IMG/VR virus record: IMGVR_UViG_3300020416_000001 | Location: 32,001 to 96,000 of that record | Direction: 5' to 3' (one strand) | Source: a virus | DNA: 64,000 nt | In this document: one piece after another, positions 52,989 through 62,001 of the stretch | Numbering within the stretch: the stretch's first letter is position 1 | Layout of the letters: each line of letters opens with the position of its first letter | Program-made: the position numbers and the translations under genes | The notes under the pieces: generated by a model | The model's database searches: none | The model's input: only the letters and a program-made list of their open reading frames with translations | Told to the model about the DNA's origin: nothing

Positions 52989-53854
52989 TGCCATTAAATT
53001 CTTTTTTCACTAACGGAACGACTGGCGAGCAACAACTCGTCGAGGATCTTGTCGTAGAACAAATCAAGATGTTCGGTGTAGAACTATTCTACATTCCTAA
53101 AACCTTAGTATCTGAGGATAACATCCTTGGTGAAGATTCACTTAATAGTTTCAACTCTGCATATCAGATCGAAGGTTACCTTGAGAACGTACAAGGGTTT
53201 GGTGGAGATGGAGATTTGTTCAGTAAATTTGGTGTAAGGATTGCTGATCAGGTTAACTTTATTATTGCACGTAAAAGATTTAAGGATCTAGTTGATGATA
53301 ATACAACACTAGTGGTAGAAGGAAGACCCAATGAAGGAGATTTGATTTACTTCCCTCTTGCTAAAAAATTATTTCAGATTCAATATGTTGAATATGAGCA
53401 ACCATTCTATCAGTTAAACAAGATTCATATCTGGGGTCTCAAGTGTGAGTTGTTCGAATACAGTGGAGAGGACCTCGATACTGGCGTCGAAGACATCGAT
53501 GTTATCGAGAGAAACCTTGCTACAACTATCACCGTCAACTTTGCTGCAGGTGGTACTGGTGCATTCACAGTTGGTGAGGAGATCGTGGGTGGTACATCTA
53601 ATGTAACTGCTGAAGTTAAGAGTTGGGACTCTACTAATAACCAACTACAAGTGTACAACAGGTCTGGTATTTTCTCCATACCTGAGACCATTACTGGTCA
53701 AACCTCAGGTGCTGCTTGGACTACTGCAAGTTACAATACACTAAATAATACGAACTCGGAGTTTGATGCCAACGCTGACTTTGAGACCCTTGGGGACGCG
53801 ATCATTGACTTTAGTCAGGGCAACCCGTTTGGCGAATTTGGAGGTGAAGACTAA
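52988..53854 (+). CDS. gp14: neck protein gp14
   Basis: EQQLVEDLVVEQIKMFG, DLFSKFG, RPNEGDLIYFP, CELFEYS, NPFGE. Confidence 0.95.
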   Translation: MPLNSFFTNGTTGEQQLVEDLVVEQIKMFGVELFYIPKTLVSEDNILGEDSLNSFNSAYQIEGYLENVQGFGGDGDLFSKFGVRIADQVNFIIARKRFKDLVDDNTTLVVEGRPNEGDLIYFPLAKKLFQIQYVEYEQPFYQLNKIHIWGLKCELFEYSGEDLDTGVEDIDVIERNLATTITVNFAAGGTGAFTVGEEIVGGTSNVTAEVKSWDSTNNQLQVYNRSGIFSIPETITGQTSGAAWTTASYNTLNNTNSEFDANADFETLGDAIIDFSQGNPFGEFGGED

Positions 53855-54651
53855 TGTTAGGAACGTATTCCTACAACGAAATTTTTAGAAAGACCGTTAT
53901 TGCATTCGGTACGCTTTTCAATAATATTGAAATCAAACGTACAGAAGGTAGTAAGACAGAGGTTATGAAAGTACCTCTTGCCTATGGTCCTAAAGATAAG
54001 TTTCTCGCTCGCATCAAACAGACTGGTGATCTAACCACTAAGAAAGCGGTTCAGATTACTCTTCCCAGAATCTCATTTGAGATTTCTGGATTTGCGTATG
54101 ATGCTACCAGAAAAGTATCACCTACGCAGGTGTTACGTTTTACTGGCACTGACAGTAAGACAAGAAAATCTTTTATGCCAGTACCATATAATGTGGACTT
54201 TGAACTGGCAATCCTAGCAAAGAATCAAGACGATGGTCTTCAGATTCTAGAACAGATTTTACCGTTCTTCCAACCGATGTTTAACATCACACTTAACTTA
54301 CAGGAAGCAATCGGTGAAGTAAAAGATTTCCCAGTTACATTGAACTCAGTGGTTTATGAGGATGACTACGAAGGTGACTTCACCACTCGTAGGACTCTGA
54401 TCTATACACTATCGTTTACTGCTAAGACATACATTTACGGTCCTGTCACTGACGTTACCGATAAACTTATCAAGAAAGCGATTGTGGATACTGCTACCGA
54501 TAGCAAACCCACTGCTGCACGTGAAGTCAGGTACACAGTTGAACCTGATCCTATCACAGCAGACCCTGATGATAACTTCGGATTTAATGAACTTTATAGT
54601 GAGTTTACAGATGGAAAATCAAGAAACCCAACCACAGGACAAGACGAGTAA
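53854..54651 (+). CDS. gp15: tail sheath stabilizer/terminator gp15
   Basis: FGTLFNNIEI, KVPLAYGPK.KFL, LPRISFE, QILEQILPFFQP, DDYEGDFTTRR. Confidence 0.95.
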   Translation: MLGTYSYNEIFRKTVIAFGTLFNNIEIKRTEGSKTEVMKVPLAYGPKDKFLARIKQTGDLTTKKAVQITLPRISFEISGFAYDATRKVSPTQVLRFTGTDSKTRKSFMPVPYNVDFELAILAKNQDDGLQILEQILPFFQPMFNITLNLQEAIGEVKDFPVTLNSVVYEDDYEGDFTTRRTLIYTLSFTAKTYIYGPVTDVTDKLIKKAIVDTATDSKPTAAREVRYTVEPDPITADPDDNFGFNELYSEFTDGKSRNPTTGQDE

Positions 54652-55057
54652 GTTCGACGGTATCGAGGATGCTCTTGATGTGGAGACATCTCTGGTCAAA
54701 CCAGGGCAACCACAGAAGAAAGCAATCGTACCAAATGTCACTGATCAACAGATCAAGGACTATGAATATTCTCGTGGAAACTTTTACTCACTGATCGAGA
54801 AAGGTCAGGAGGCGGTTGATGGTATTCTTGAACTAGCACAAGAGTCTGATTCACCTAGAGCATACGAAGTTGCAGGTAATTTAATTAAGAACGTTGCAGA
54901 TACTGCCGATAAATTGGCAGACCTCCACAAGAAAATGATGGAGATTGAAGGAGGACCGAAAGGTACATCAGCACAAAACGTTACTAATAACACTATGTTT
55001 GTTGGTTCTACAGCAGAACTTGCCAAGTTCTTGAAGCAACAAAAGAATGATAAATAG
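54611..55057 (+). CDS. gp16: terminase small subunit gp16
   Basis: DYEYSRGNFYSLIEKGQEA, SPRAYEVAG, NNTMFVGSTAEL; ATG 54611 likelier than track start 54482. Confidence 0.92.
   Translation: MENQETQPQDKTSKFDGIEDALDVETSLVKPGQPQKKAIVPNVTDQQIKDYEYSRGNFYSLIEKGQEAVDGILELAQESDSPRAYEVAGNLIKNVADTADKLADLHKKMMEIEGGPKGTSAQNVTNNTMFVGSTAELAKFLKQQKNDK
55049..55056 (+). promoter_or_regulatory. T4-type late promoter (GATAAATA)
   Basis: Overlaps gp16 end, 25 nt upstream of ATG 55081. Confidence 0.6.
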
Positions 55058-55080
55058 TAAAAACAAGTATTAAAAAGTCG

Positions 55081-55632
55081 ATGTCTGTATTAAATGTATT
55101 AGATACTACGACAGTGAGTGGATCAGGTACCGCTTATATTGTCGTGAAGACTGGTGTTGTACGGGCATATGCTGCAAGTGCTTCTTCTATCCAGTTTGAC
55201 GATGGTCCTGCGGTTACGTTGGCAGCAGGCGAAGCAATCCTTCTTCACACTGGTAAATCAAAGAACATTGGCGTCCACGCTGCGACCAATGCTAACGGTT
55301 CTGTATTCAGCGTTGGTGGAGCGGGCAGCGGATCAGGTGCAGGTGGAAGACATACATTTGCAGTTGGTGACTTTATTCAGACAGTAGATGGCGGAGATAC
55401 AAATGGTTTTGGTACTGACTTTGAATCTGCTGCATCAGCAGGTAAGAAAGTAACTGCAATCAGTGACCTAACAATCACAACAGATATTGATGCATCTGGT
55501 GCGGGCAGTGCATATACTCTCAGCGATGCTGACATTGTTGCAAACACAGTTCCTCAGATTCAGAGAACTGTAAAACTCACAGCAGGTAGTAACGACGTAG
55601 TTGTAGAAACAGTACAAATCGTTGGTGGTTAA
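55081..55632 (+). CDS. hypothetical, probably virion structural protein
   Basis: G/S/T/A-rich beta-type sequence; late promoter upstream. Confidence 0.7.
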   Translation: MSVLNVLDTTTVSGSGTAYIVVKTGVVRAYAASASSIQFDDGPAVTLAAGEAILLHTGKSKNIGVHAATNANGSVFSVGGAGSGSGAGGRHTFAVGDFIQTVDGGDTNGFGTDFESAASAGKKVTAISDLTITTDIDASGAGSAYTLSDADIVANTVPQIQRTVKLTAGSNDVVVETVQIVGG

Positions 55633-55633
55633 G

Positions 55634-56326
55634 ATGGAAGCGCAACCTCAAAAGGAAAAAATTAATCCAAAGGATCAAGCGATCAAGAAGACTAAGCAAC
55701 TTCTAGACCGCAGGCAACTTATGATTAATCTTAGAAAGTTGCAACTTCAAAGAAAGTCCGTTCAACAAAAAGGAAACACTGATATGCACCTACAGACACA
55801 ATCGGTTGATCCCTGTGCTATGATAAGTTTCGGAGAGTTTATCTCCGAGGGCGGTCTCGCTCGGGCGATGCAGAAATCCAATACCAAAGTAACTGGACAT
55901 ATCAGTGCTGACCGTGGTTCTTCTGAAAAGGATAACCGTAGTAAAAGAAAAGGACTTGAAAAAGATCTTAAGAAGCACGGTATTGGTCACAAGAAAGGTG
56001 TTGGAGAGTATAAATATGATTCAGGTGAGACAGGTCGTGAGGTTTCGTACCACACTTCCAAACCCGACAAGATGTCCAAGCGTCGCTTTGGTAAAGTGAT
56101 GCGCCGTCTTGGTCGTAAGCACGGACAAGAATCTGTGATTACTAAAGACAAGGACAAACCTGCAAAGTTACACACTACCGAAAAAGGAAGCAAAGCAAAG
56201 TCTGAGACTCTAGGTAAGTCGAAGGTGGGCAAGCATCCAAAAGGATATGGTGAAACCTCATCAACTAAGGTGAGATCAGGTAAACTACCAGACAAATCTA
56301 AAGACAGGAAATTTCACTATGGCTGA
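55634..56326 (+). CDS. basic protein, putative internal head protein
   Basis: Very K/R-rich; internal MISFGEFISE resembles T4 capsid-targeting sequence. Confidence 0.65.
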   Translation: MEAQPQKEKINPKDQAIKKTKQLLDRRQLMINLRKLQLQRKSVQQKGNTDMHLQTQSVDPCAMISFGEFISEGGLARAMQKSNTKVTGHISADRGSSEKDNRSKRKGLEKDLKKHGIGHKKGVGEYKYDSGETGREVSYHTSKPDKMSKRRFGKVMRRLGRKHGQESVITKDKDKPAKLHTTEKGSKAKSETLGKSKVGKHPKGYGETSSTKVRSGKLPDKSKDRKFHYG

Positions 56327-56462
56327 ACAGAACAACAATGGACAGTGGGTATGTCAGTATTGTGACCTCACTTCCCCTCAAGGACATTGGCGTCCTAAAA
56401 CTTGGATCGAAAAGCACGAATTAAATTGTGCATCTAACCCCAAACTCAATAAGGAAAAATGA
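56319..56462 (+). CDS. small C2HC zinc-finger protein (47 aa)
   Basis: Manual translation MAEQNNNGQWVCQYC...EKHELNCASNP; overlaps both neighbours. Confidence 0.65.
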   Translation: MAEQNNNGQWVCQYCDLTSPQGHWRPKTWIEKHELNCASNPKLNKEK

Positions 56463-57376
56463 AATCATTTAGCGAGTTCCTCACAGAAAGACAAAAGGAC
56501 AGCGACAACCAGAGATTAAGTCAAGAACGTGGTCGTTCTAACTATGGTAAAGCGTCTGTTCGTAATGTCAGAGCAACAGGTCAAGGTGGCAATGGTGCTG
56601 ACCCTGCTGAGAGACTCGTGGCAATGGATGCAAGACACAAGGCACACAAAGAAAAACGTGGTGTCAAAACTAAGGGTCTCAAAGAAGGATTAACTGGTGC
56701 AAGAGCACAACGTGCTCGTGAGATGCAAGATAGTGACATCAAAAAAGGTGGTGGTAAGAGAACTAATGCTGATAGAGATACAGCATTCAGACTTGGCACT
56801 GGCACAAGTGAGACCCGAATTTCACAAAAACAAAGAAAGGGTGCAAGTGATCAAGGCAAAGGTAACGCTGCCAAACGTCGTATGAGTGAAGGGGTAGGAC
56901 TTTCTATTGCGAGAGCGATTGACAAAACTAATCCACCTCTCGGAAGAGCATCTAAGAGAAAGGCAATCAGTCACGCACTAAAGATGCGTGAGATTATGAA
57001 GGATACTAAAAAGAACAAACAGAAAGACGATCCCTATTCAGCAGGTAAGATTGCTAAGGCAGCACTTGGTGGTAAGGATAGTAAGAAGAAAAAGAAACCA
57101 GAAAAATCTCCTGTTTCATTCCTACAGGACAAGCAAGTAAAAGAAAGTGCTTGGCAAAGAAAGGAAGGCAAGAATCCTAGTGGTGGACTGAACGAGAAAG
57201 GACGCAAGTCCTATGAAAGAGAGAATCCTGGTTCAGATCTCAAAGCACCACAACCCGAAGGTGGTCCTAGAAAAAGATCATTCTGTGCTCGTATGAGTGG
57301 AGTGAAAGGACCTATGAAAGATGAGAAGGGCAGACCTACACGTAAAGCACTCGCACTTAGGAAGTGGAAGTGCTAG
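56459..57376 (+). CDS. basic modular protein, putative capsid-targeted internal protein
   Basis: N-terminal MKSFSEFLTE; C-terminal AWQRKEGKNPSGGLN...RKRSFCARM...ALRKWKC module (DUF6321-like). Confidence 0.75.
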   Translation: MKSFSEFLTERQKDSDNQRLSQERGRSNYGKASVRNVRATGQGGNGADPAERLVAMDARHKAHKEKRGVKTKGLKEGLTGARAQRAREMQDSDIKKGGGKRTNADRDTAFRLGTGTSETRISQKQRKGASDQGKGNAAKRRMSEGVGLSIARAIDKTNPPLGRASKRKAISHALKMREIMKDTKKNKQKDDPYSAGKIAKAALGGKDSKKKKKPEKSPVSFLQDKQVKESAWQRKEGKNPSGGLNEKGRKSYERENPGSDLKAPQPEGGPRKRSFCARMSGVKGPMKDEKGRPTRKALALRKWKC

Positions 57377-57384
57377 TATTTTAA

Positions 57385-57413
57385 TTGACATATATAATAT
57401 TCCATCCTAAATT
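57385..57413 (+). promoter_or_regulatory. sigma70-type (early) promoter TTGACA-N17-TAAATT
   Basis: Perfect -35, 17-nt spacer, near-consensus -10, in intergenic gap upstream of ORF 57439. Confidence 0.65.
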
Positions 57414-57438
57414 TGAATAGTAAACTGGGGAGATTCCT

Positions 57439-57711
57439 ATGTCGGATGACTTCGCGTTCAAGATCGAGCAAAAAGTCTGCCAAAAATGTGGTGCAACTTG
57501 GTTAAATGGTGAACACCGTTGGACTGGCACTGGCGCTAAGGGAAACGAACTAGACTTGGCAGGTTTAGTATGTAATAATATCGACAAGACAGACCCCGAT
57601 TACAGTAAATGTATCAACCCCAAGAGGGGTGAAATCGGTGGTGATACTTGGGAATATCGACGAGGTTACGTTGATGGTGTGATGAGACAATTCGAGAACA
57701 GGAATCCCTGA
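57439..57711 (+). CDS. hypothetical Cys-containing protein
   Basis: CQKC...H.W...DLAGLVC...CINP; GGAG RBS. Confidence 0.75.
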   Translation: MSDDFAFKIEQKVCQKCGATWLNGEHRWTGTGAKGNELDLAGLVCNNIDKTDPDYSKCINPKRGEIGGDTWEYRRGYVDGVMRQFENRNP

Positions 57712-57767
57712 CATATCTCGTAACGTCTTTTTGCAGCACAACTAGATAACTTAGTTGATCATTTTAT

Positions 57768-58091
57768 ATGAAGTTCATTCTGGCATTCTTTGCAACTCTG
57801 TTCTTGGCATTGCCAGTTTTTGCTGTCGATATTAATATGGGAGATGATGGAAAATTAGTTTTCCAACCTTCAGAGGTTACTATCTCTGCAGGTGAGACTG
57901 TTCATTTTTTGAACACTATGTTGCCTCCACATAATATTATAGTAGAATCACGTCCAGACCTTTCTAGGGAAGCACTTATGTTTAACCCAGGAGAGACTAT
58001 GGACATTACATTCCATACCCCAGGTGATTACGAATTCTTTTGTGCACCACATAGGGAAGCAGGAATGACAGGAACAATTCACGTAAACTGA
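57768..58091 (+). CDS. petE: plastocyanin (auxiliary metabolic gene)
   Basis: Signal peptide, LVFQPSEVTISAGETVHF, PPHNI, GDYEFFCAPHREAGMTGTIHV with His/Cys/His/Met Cu ligands. Confidence 0.95.
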   Translation: MKFILAFFATLFLALPVFAVDINMGDDGKLVFQPSEVTISAGETVHFLNTMLPPHNIIVESRPDLSREALMFNPGETMDITFHTPGDYEFFCAPHREAGMTGTIHVN

Positions 58092-58441
58092 TGACTAAAA
58101 CACCAGAAAACCCGTCTAAGATAACGATCAAGGACGTGACCGATTCTGAAAAGGATTGGCAAGACTTTTGGGAATCCAATGAATCTATTGATTATTGGAT
58201 GCCTGAGTTAGGAGACTACCCAATGACAAATCGTTTTAAGGAGATACTTCCTGCAAAACGTCCACCGACTGTAGAAGAAGTAGATGAAATGATCGAGGCG
58301 AAGATTCGTCGTCATAATCGGAATGCTTCATTTATTAGTATGGCACTGGGATTCGCATTCCTAGGAGCATTCGTTGATGGTTTTTTGAGAGTCATTGGTA
58401 AAATTGCCCCATTCTTAGGTATAGACGTTAGCATTTTGTAA
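58091..58441 (+). CDS. membrane-anchored hypothetical protein
   Basis: IRRHNRNASFISM followed by hydrophobic helix; possible internal start at MTNRF with GGAG RBS (~58211). Confidence 0.7.
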   Translation: MTKTPENPSKITIKDVTDSEKDWQDFWESNESIDYWMPELGDYPMTNRFKEILPAKRPPTVEEVDEMIEAKIRRHNRNASFISMALGFAFLGAFVDGFLRVIGKIAPFLGIDVSIL

Positions 58442-58459
58442 ACCCGCAAAGGACAAACA

Positions 58460-58633
58460 ATGAGTTGCAACCAGTGTGATGAAGAACGTAACTTCGACAA
58501 AGAAGATTACAGATTGATACTTGATGCTCTATGGAAGCGTCAACGCTGCTATATTGCAGGGGATAAGATGTTTAAGCACTACGGAAGTATTATTTCTGAA
58601 GTAGAACGAAGGTCTGAAATGGTAAAACAATGA
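58460..58633 (+). CDS. hypothetical protein (57 aa, MSCNQCDEER...LWKRQRCYIAGD)
   Basis: Manual translation; AGGA RBS; fills gap between neighbours. Confidence 0.6.
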   Translation: MSCNQCDEERNFDKEDYRLILDALWKRQRCYIAGDKMFKHYGSIISEVERRSEMVKQ

Positions 58634-58640
58634 GTTAAAG

Positions 58641-58907
58641 ATGACAATACCAAAAGAATACAAAGTTCGACTCAATATTAATGAGTTGATTGAAAAGAGA
58701 ATACCGTGCTGTGATTTACTGCACCCTGATCATTGCTTGACAGAGCAACAGGTCGCAGAGATTGCACACGATATTAGTATGGACTTGGATCTGCACCCAG
58801 TCTATAAACAAATAGATCAGCATATCTTAAGGTATGTTGCTGCAGCAGGAATTAAGAACGAAGACCATTGGGTTGAAGAGCGTTTGAATCATCCTTCAGA
58901 TGGGTGA
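58641..58907 (+). CDS. hypothetical protein
   Basis: ORF track. Confidence 0.7.
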   Translation: MTIPKEYKVRLNINELIEKRIPCCDLLHPDHCLTEQQVAEIAHDISMDLDLHPVYKQIDQHILRYVAAAGIKNEDHWVEERLNHPSDG

Positions 58908-59079
58908 TCCTGTTTGGTCTGTTAACATAATGATTGCCATTCTTGTAATAATAGTCACACTTTACATTGCCTATATATTGAGAATGTCTTTCAAGGAATT
59001 AGAAGATGGGAGCAATGGTGCCACCGAGTCGGAAGAGTTGTTACAACTTCCGAGTGACCGAGGTGAACAGAGTTCTTGA
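58900..59079 (+). CDS. small single-pass membrane protein (59 aa, MGDPVWSVNIMIAILVIIV...)
   Basis: Manual translation; hydrophobic N-terminal helix; overlaps nuclease gene. Confidence 0.55.
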   Translation: MGDPVWSVNIMIAILVIIVTLYIAYILRMSFKELEDGSNGATESEELLQLPSDRGEQSS

Positions 59080-59467
59080 CGGAGATACGATTGATGTAAC
59101 AATCGATCTCGGTTTTGATCTATATAAAAAAGAGCGAGTAAGAATCGCAGGTGTAGATACTCCTGAGAAACGTACTCGTAATCTGGAGGAGAAGGCACTT
59201 GGAATCGATGCAACCGAATGGCTCAAAGCAAAACTGGAAGATACAATCTCTGGTGATGATGAGTTGTCTATTAGGACTGAACTTGTTGGTGGTGTCGGTA
59301 AGTATGGTCGCTTACTCGGTTGGTTATACGTCGGGGACTCAGATGTGTCCCTTAATGAACAAATGATCACCGAAGGTTATGCGTGGGAGTATGACGGCGG
59401 TACCAAACAAAAGGACTTTAACGAACTCCGTGAAATCCGTAAATCAAAAGGCACCCTTGTAGAATGA
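59006..59467 (+). CDS. thermonuclease (SNase-like) endonuclease
   Basis: RVLDGDTIDV, RVRIAGVDTPE, GKYGRLLG, LNEQMITEGYAWEY. Confidence 0.92.
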   Translation: MGAMVPPSRKSCYNFRVTEVNRVLDGDTIDVTIDLGFDLYKKERVRIAGVDTPEKRTRNLEEKALGIDATEWLKAKLEDTISGDDELSIRTELVGGVGKYGRLLGWLYVGDSDVSLNEQMITEGYAWEYDGGTKQKDFNELREIRKSKGTLVE

Positions 59468-59667
59468 GAAAAGAAATCCTAGAAGCAGTTAAACTGCACG
59501 CTTTAGGTAACATCGAAAAGCATAAGATAAATATCGAAATTTATCTAACAAACCCTGTCGGTATCGGAGAGCACTCTGATGTAGTGGCAGCGATCTTAGG
59601 AGAGATCGATCAAATCTCCCATTATCACGATCAACTAGAGGTACTAGAAAAGTACATAGACAAATAA
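59464..59667 (+). CDS. conserved hypothetical phage protein
   Basis: NIEIYLTNPVGIGEHSDV motif. Confidence 0.75.
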   Translation: MRKEILEAVKLHALGNIEKHKINIEIYLTNPVGIGEHSDVVAAILGEIDQISHYHDQLEVLEKYIDK

Positions 59668-59668
59668 A

Positions 59669-59944
59669 ATGGATTCCTCCTTTGTCCCATTAGCACTTTG
59701 GTTAGTGTTGGTGGGCGTCGCTATCTCAATGGTACTGCAAGCATTTATGATTGCAAAAGAGATGGGCGGTTATAAAAGAAATCCTCGTGACTTCACGAGG
59801 CATCCTGAGATAGAGGAGATGGATCCTGATGAGAAATTATTGTCTATCAAGTTTAATTACTATGCTGACGAGTATCCAGAGGGATACGATGAACTACAAA
59901 AACGTATAGATAATTTGAAACGGAAGGAACAGAATGGGACTTGA
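59669..59944 (+). CDS. small membrane protein (DUF2973-like)
   Basis: N-terminal TM helix then RHPE motif and LLxIKF. Confidence 0.55.
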   Translation: MDSSFVPLALWLVLVGVAISMVLQAFMIAKEMGGYKRNPRDFTRHPEIEEMDPDEKLLSIKFNYYADEYPEGYDELQKRIDNLKRKEQNGT

Positions 59945-61580
59945 TGCATACTTAGGTAATCCCAATCTAAAGAAAGCAAACGTAGGACAGAACTTCACAC
60001 CAAAACAGGTAAAGGAATTTATCAAGTGTGCAGGTGATCCTATCTATTTTATCAAGAAGTACATCAAGATTGTATCTCTAGATGAGGGTGTCATACCATT
60101 TAACTTGTATGACTTCCAAGAAACTATGGTGAATCGCTTTCACGAGAACAGATTTAATATTGCAAAACTACCAAGACAGTCTGGTAAATCGACTGTTGTT
60201 ACCGCGTACTTATTATGGTATGTAATTTTTAACGATAACGTTAATGTCGCAATCCTCGCAAACAAAGCAGCAACTGCACGAGAGATGCTTGGGCGTCTAC
60301 AACTCAGTTACGAAAATCTTCCTAAGTGGATGCAGCAAGGTATTATTGGTTGGAACAAAGGGTCAGTGGAACTGGAGAACGGAAGTAAACTCCTGGCTGC
60401 ATCTACTAGTGCTAGTGCCGTCCGTGGTATGTCTTTTAACGTCATATTTTTGGACGAATTCGCGTTCGTTCCGAATAACATTGCGGATCAGTTTTTTAGT
60501 TCTGTCTATCCTACTATTTCTTCTGGTAAATCCACTAAAGTTATTATCATCTCTACACCTCACGGGATGAATATGTACTACAAACTCTGGCACGATGCCG
60601 AGCGTGGTACTAATGAATATATTCCTACAGAGGTTCACTGGTCTGAGGTTCCAGGCAGAGACGCTGAATGGAAAGCACAAACTATCCGTAACACATCTGA
60701 ACAACAGTTCCGTGTTGAGTTTGAGTGTGAGTTCCTTGGATCTGTAGACACTCTGATCTCTCCTAGTAAGTTGAGAGTGATGACTTACGATGAACCATTG
60801 GAGAAAAAGAATGGTCTGGATGTATTTGAGAAACCACAGGAGGGACATAATTATACAATGACAGTGGACGTGGCAAGAGGTATTGATGGAGACTACAGTG
60901 CATTCACACTATTCGATACATCTACCGTTCCATATAAGTTAGTTGCTAAGTATAGAAATAATGAAGTCAAACCTATGCTGTTTCCTGATATTATCTGTCA
61001 GGTTGGAAGAGCATACAACCACGCTTATATCCTTGTAGAAGTAAATGATATTGGTGGTCAAGTTGCAGATATTATACAGTATGATCTTGAGTATGACAAC
61101 CTGCTGATGGCAGCAATGCGTGGTAGAGCAGGACAGGTTGTTGGTCAAGGATTCTCTGGTGGTAAGGTACAACTAGGTGTCAAGATGTCAACCGCAGTTA
61201 AGAAGGTCGGTTGTTCCAACTTGAAGCAGTTACTAGAAGATGATAAGTTAATCCTGCACGATTATGATATTATCTCTGAACTAACTACATTCATTCAGAA
61301 GGGTCAATCTTGGGCAGCAGAGGAAGGTTGTAATGATGACCTTGCTATGTGTCTGGTAATGTTCTCGTGGTTGGCAGTTCAAGATTACTTTAAGGAACTC
61401 CACGATAACGATATTCGTGCTAGAATGTACGCTGAACAACGCGAAGCGATAGAAGCAGATATGGCACCGTTTGGTTTTATGGATGATGGTCTCCAAGAAG
61501 AGACTATCGTAGATCCAGAAGGTCAGGTGTGGCATACTGACGAATATGGTGATCGCTCTTATATGTGGGACTACAGATGA
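59934..61580 (+). CDS. gp17: terminase large subunit gp17
   Basis: YLGNPNLKKAN, Walker A PRQSGKST, Walker B IFLDEFAF, IIISTPHG, nuclease VDVARG and DDLAMCL. Confidence 0.97.
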   Translation: MGLDAYLGNPNLKKANVGQNFTPKQVKEFIKCAGDPIYFIKKYIKIVSLDEGVIPFNLYDFQETMVNRFHENRFNIAKLPRQSGKSTVVTAYLLWYVIFNDNVNVAILANKAATAREMLGRLQLSYENLPKWMQQGIIGWNKGSVELENGSKLLAASTSASAVRGMSFNVIFLDEFAFVPNNIADQFFSSVYPTISSGKSTKVIIISTPHGMNMYYKLWHDAERGTNEYIPTEVHWSEVPGRDAEWKAQTIRNTSEQQFRVEFECEFLGSVDTLISPSKLRVMTYDEPLEKKNGLDVFEKPQEGHNYTMTVDVARGIDGDYSAFTLFDTSTVPYKLVAKYRNNEVKPMLFPDIICQVGRAYNHAYILVEVNDIGGQVADIIQYDLEYDNLLMAAMRGRAGQVVGQGFSGGKVQLGVKMSTAVKKVGCSNLKQLLEDDKLILHDYDIISELTTFIQKGQSWAAEEGCNDDLAMCLVMFSWLAVQDYFKELHDNDIRARMYAEQREAIEADMAPFGFMDDGLQEETIVDPEGQVWHTDEYGDRSYMWDYR

Positions 61581-61687
61581 TAGAAACAATGTTAGGACAG
61601 ATGGCAACCACACTATTCATATTAGTGTTGTTCTCGTTTGGATTCGTAATGGGTTATGCAGCAAGGAAGAGTGAGGAAGAACCTTGA
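61577..61687 (+). CDS. small membrane peptide (36 aa)
   Basis: Manual translation MIETMLGQMATTLFILVLFSFGFVMGYAARKSEEEP; ATGA overlap with gp17 stop. Confidence 0.5.
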   Translation: MIETMLGQMATTLFILVLFSFGFVMGYAARKSEEEP

Positions 61688-61917
61688 GTCTTGAGGAAGA
61701 GTTTGAACTAGAAGCATTCCTGTTTGTAGATAGACAGTGCAGGAGATGTTTGAGAACTCTTTCTCTTTTAGATAACTTCTATAAGACAAGAAAAGATCGG
61801 GGGCAGAACCCGTCAGCATATTCGTATGAGTGTAAATACTGTACCAAGAGAAGAGTGACAAAGTATAGAAAAGCAAAACCTAAGCATAGAAAGGAATCTG
61901 AGTATCCTGACTGGTAA
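61684..61917 (+). CDS. small Zn-finger protein (endonuclease VII N-terminal-like)
   Basis: CRRC...FY.TRK.R...YSYECKYC...YPDW; TTG start. Confidence 0.7.
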   Translation: MSLEEEFELEAFLFVDRQCRRCLRTLSLLDNFYKTRKDRGQNPSAYSYECKYCTKRRVTKYRKAKPKHRKESEYPDW

Positions 61918-61955
61918 TGTTCACGTTCTGTTTCCCCGCTTGAACAATACCTTTT

Positions 61956-61963
61956 CCTAAATA
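61956..61963 (+). promoter_or_regulatory. T4-type late promoter variant (CCTAAATA)
   Basis: TAAATA core ~40 nt upstream of gp18. Confidence 0.6.
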
Positions 61964-62001
61964 ATTTCAGCAATAGATTGAGATTTTCAAGGAGCTAACC
62001 A

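Noticed and set aside
54482-54610. N-terminal extension of gp16 in the ORF track
   Set aside because: Lies inside gp15 in another frame; ATG 54611 gives a normal-length gp16
57720-57735. Possible NtcA box upstream of petE
   Set aside because: GTA-N8 is followed by TTG, not TAC
59934-61580. Intein or intron in terminase gp17
   Set aside because: 548 aa with contiguous ATPase and nuclease motifs; no splice-junction motifs
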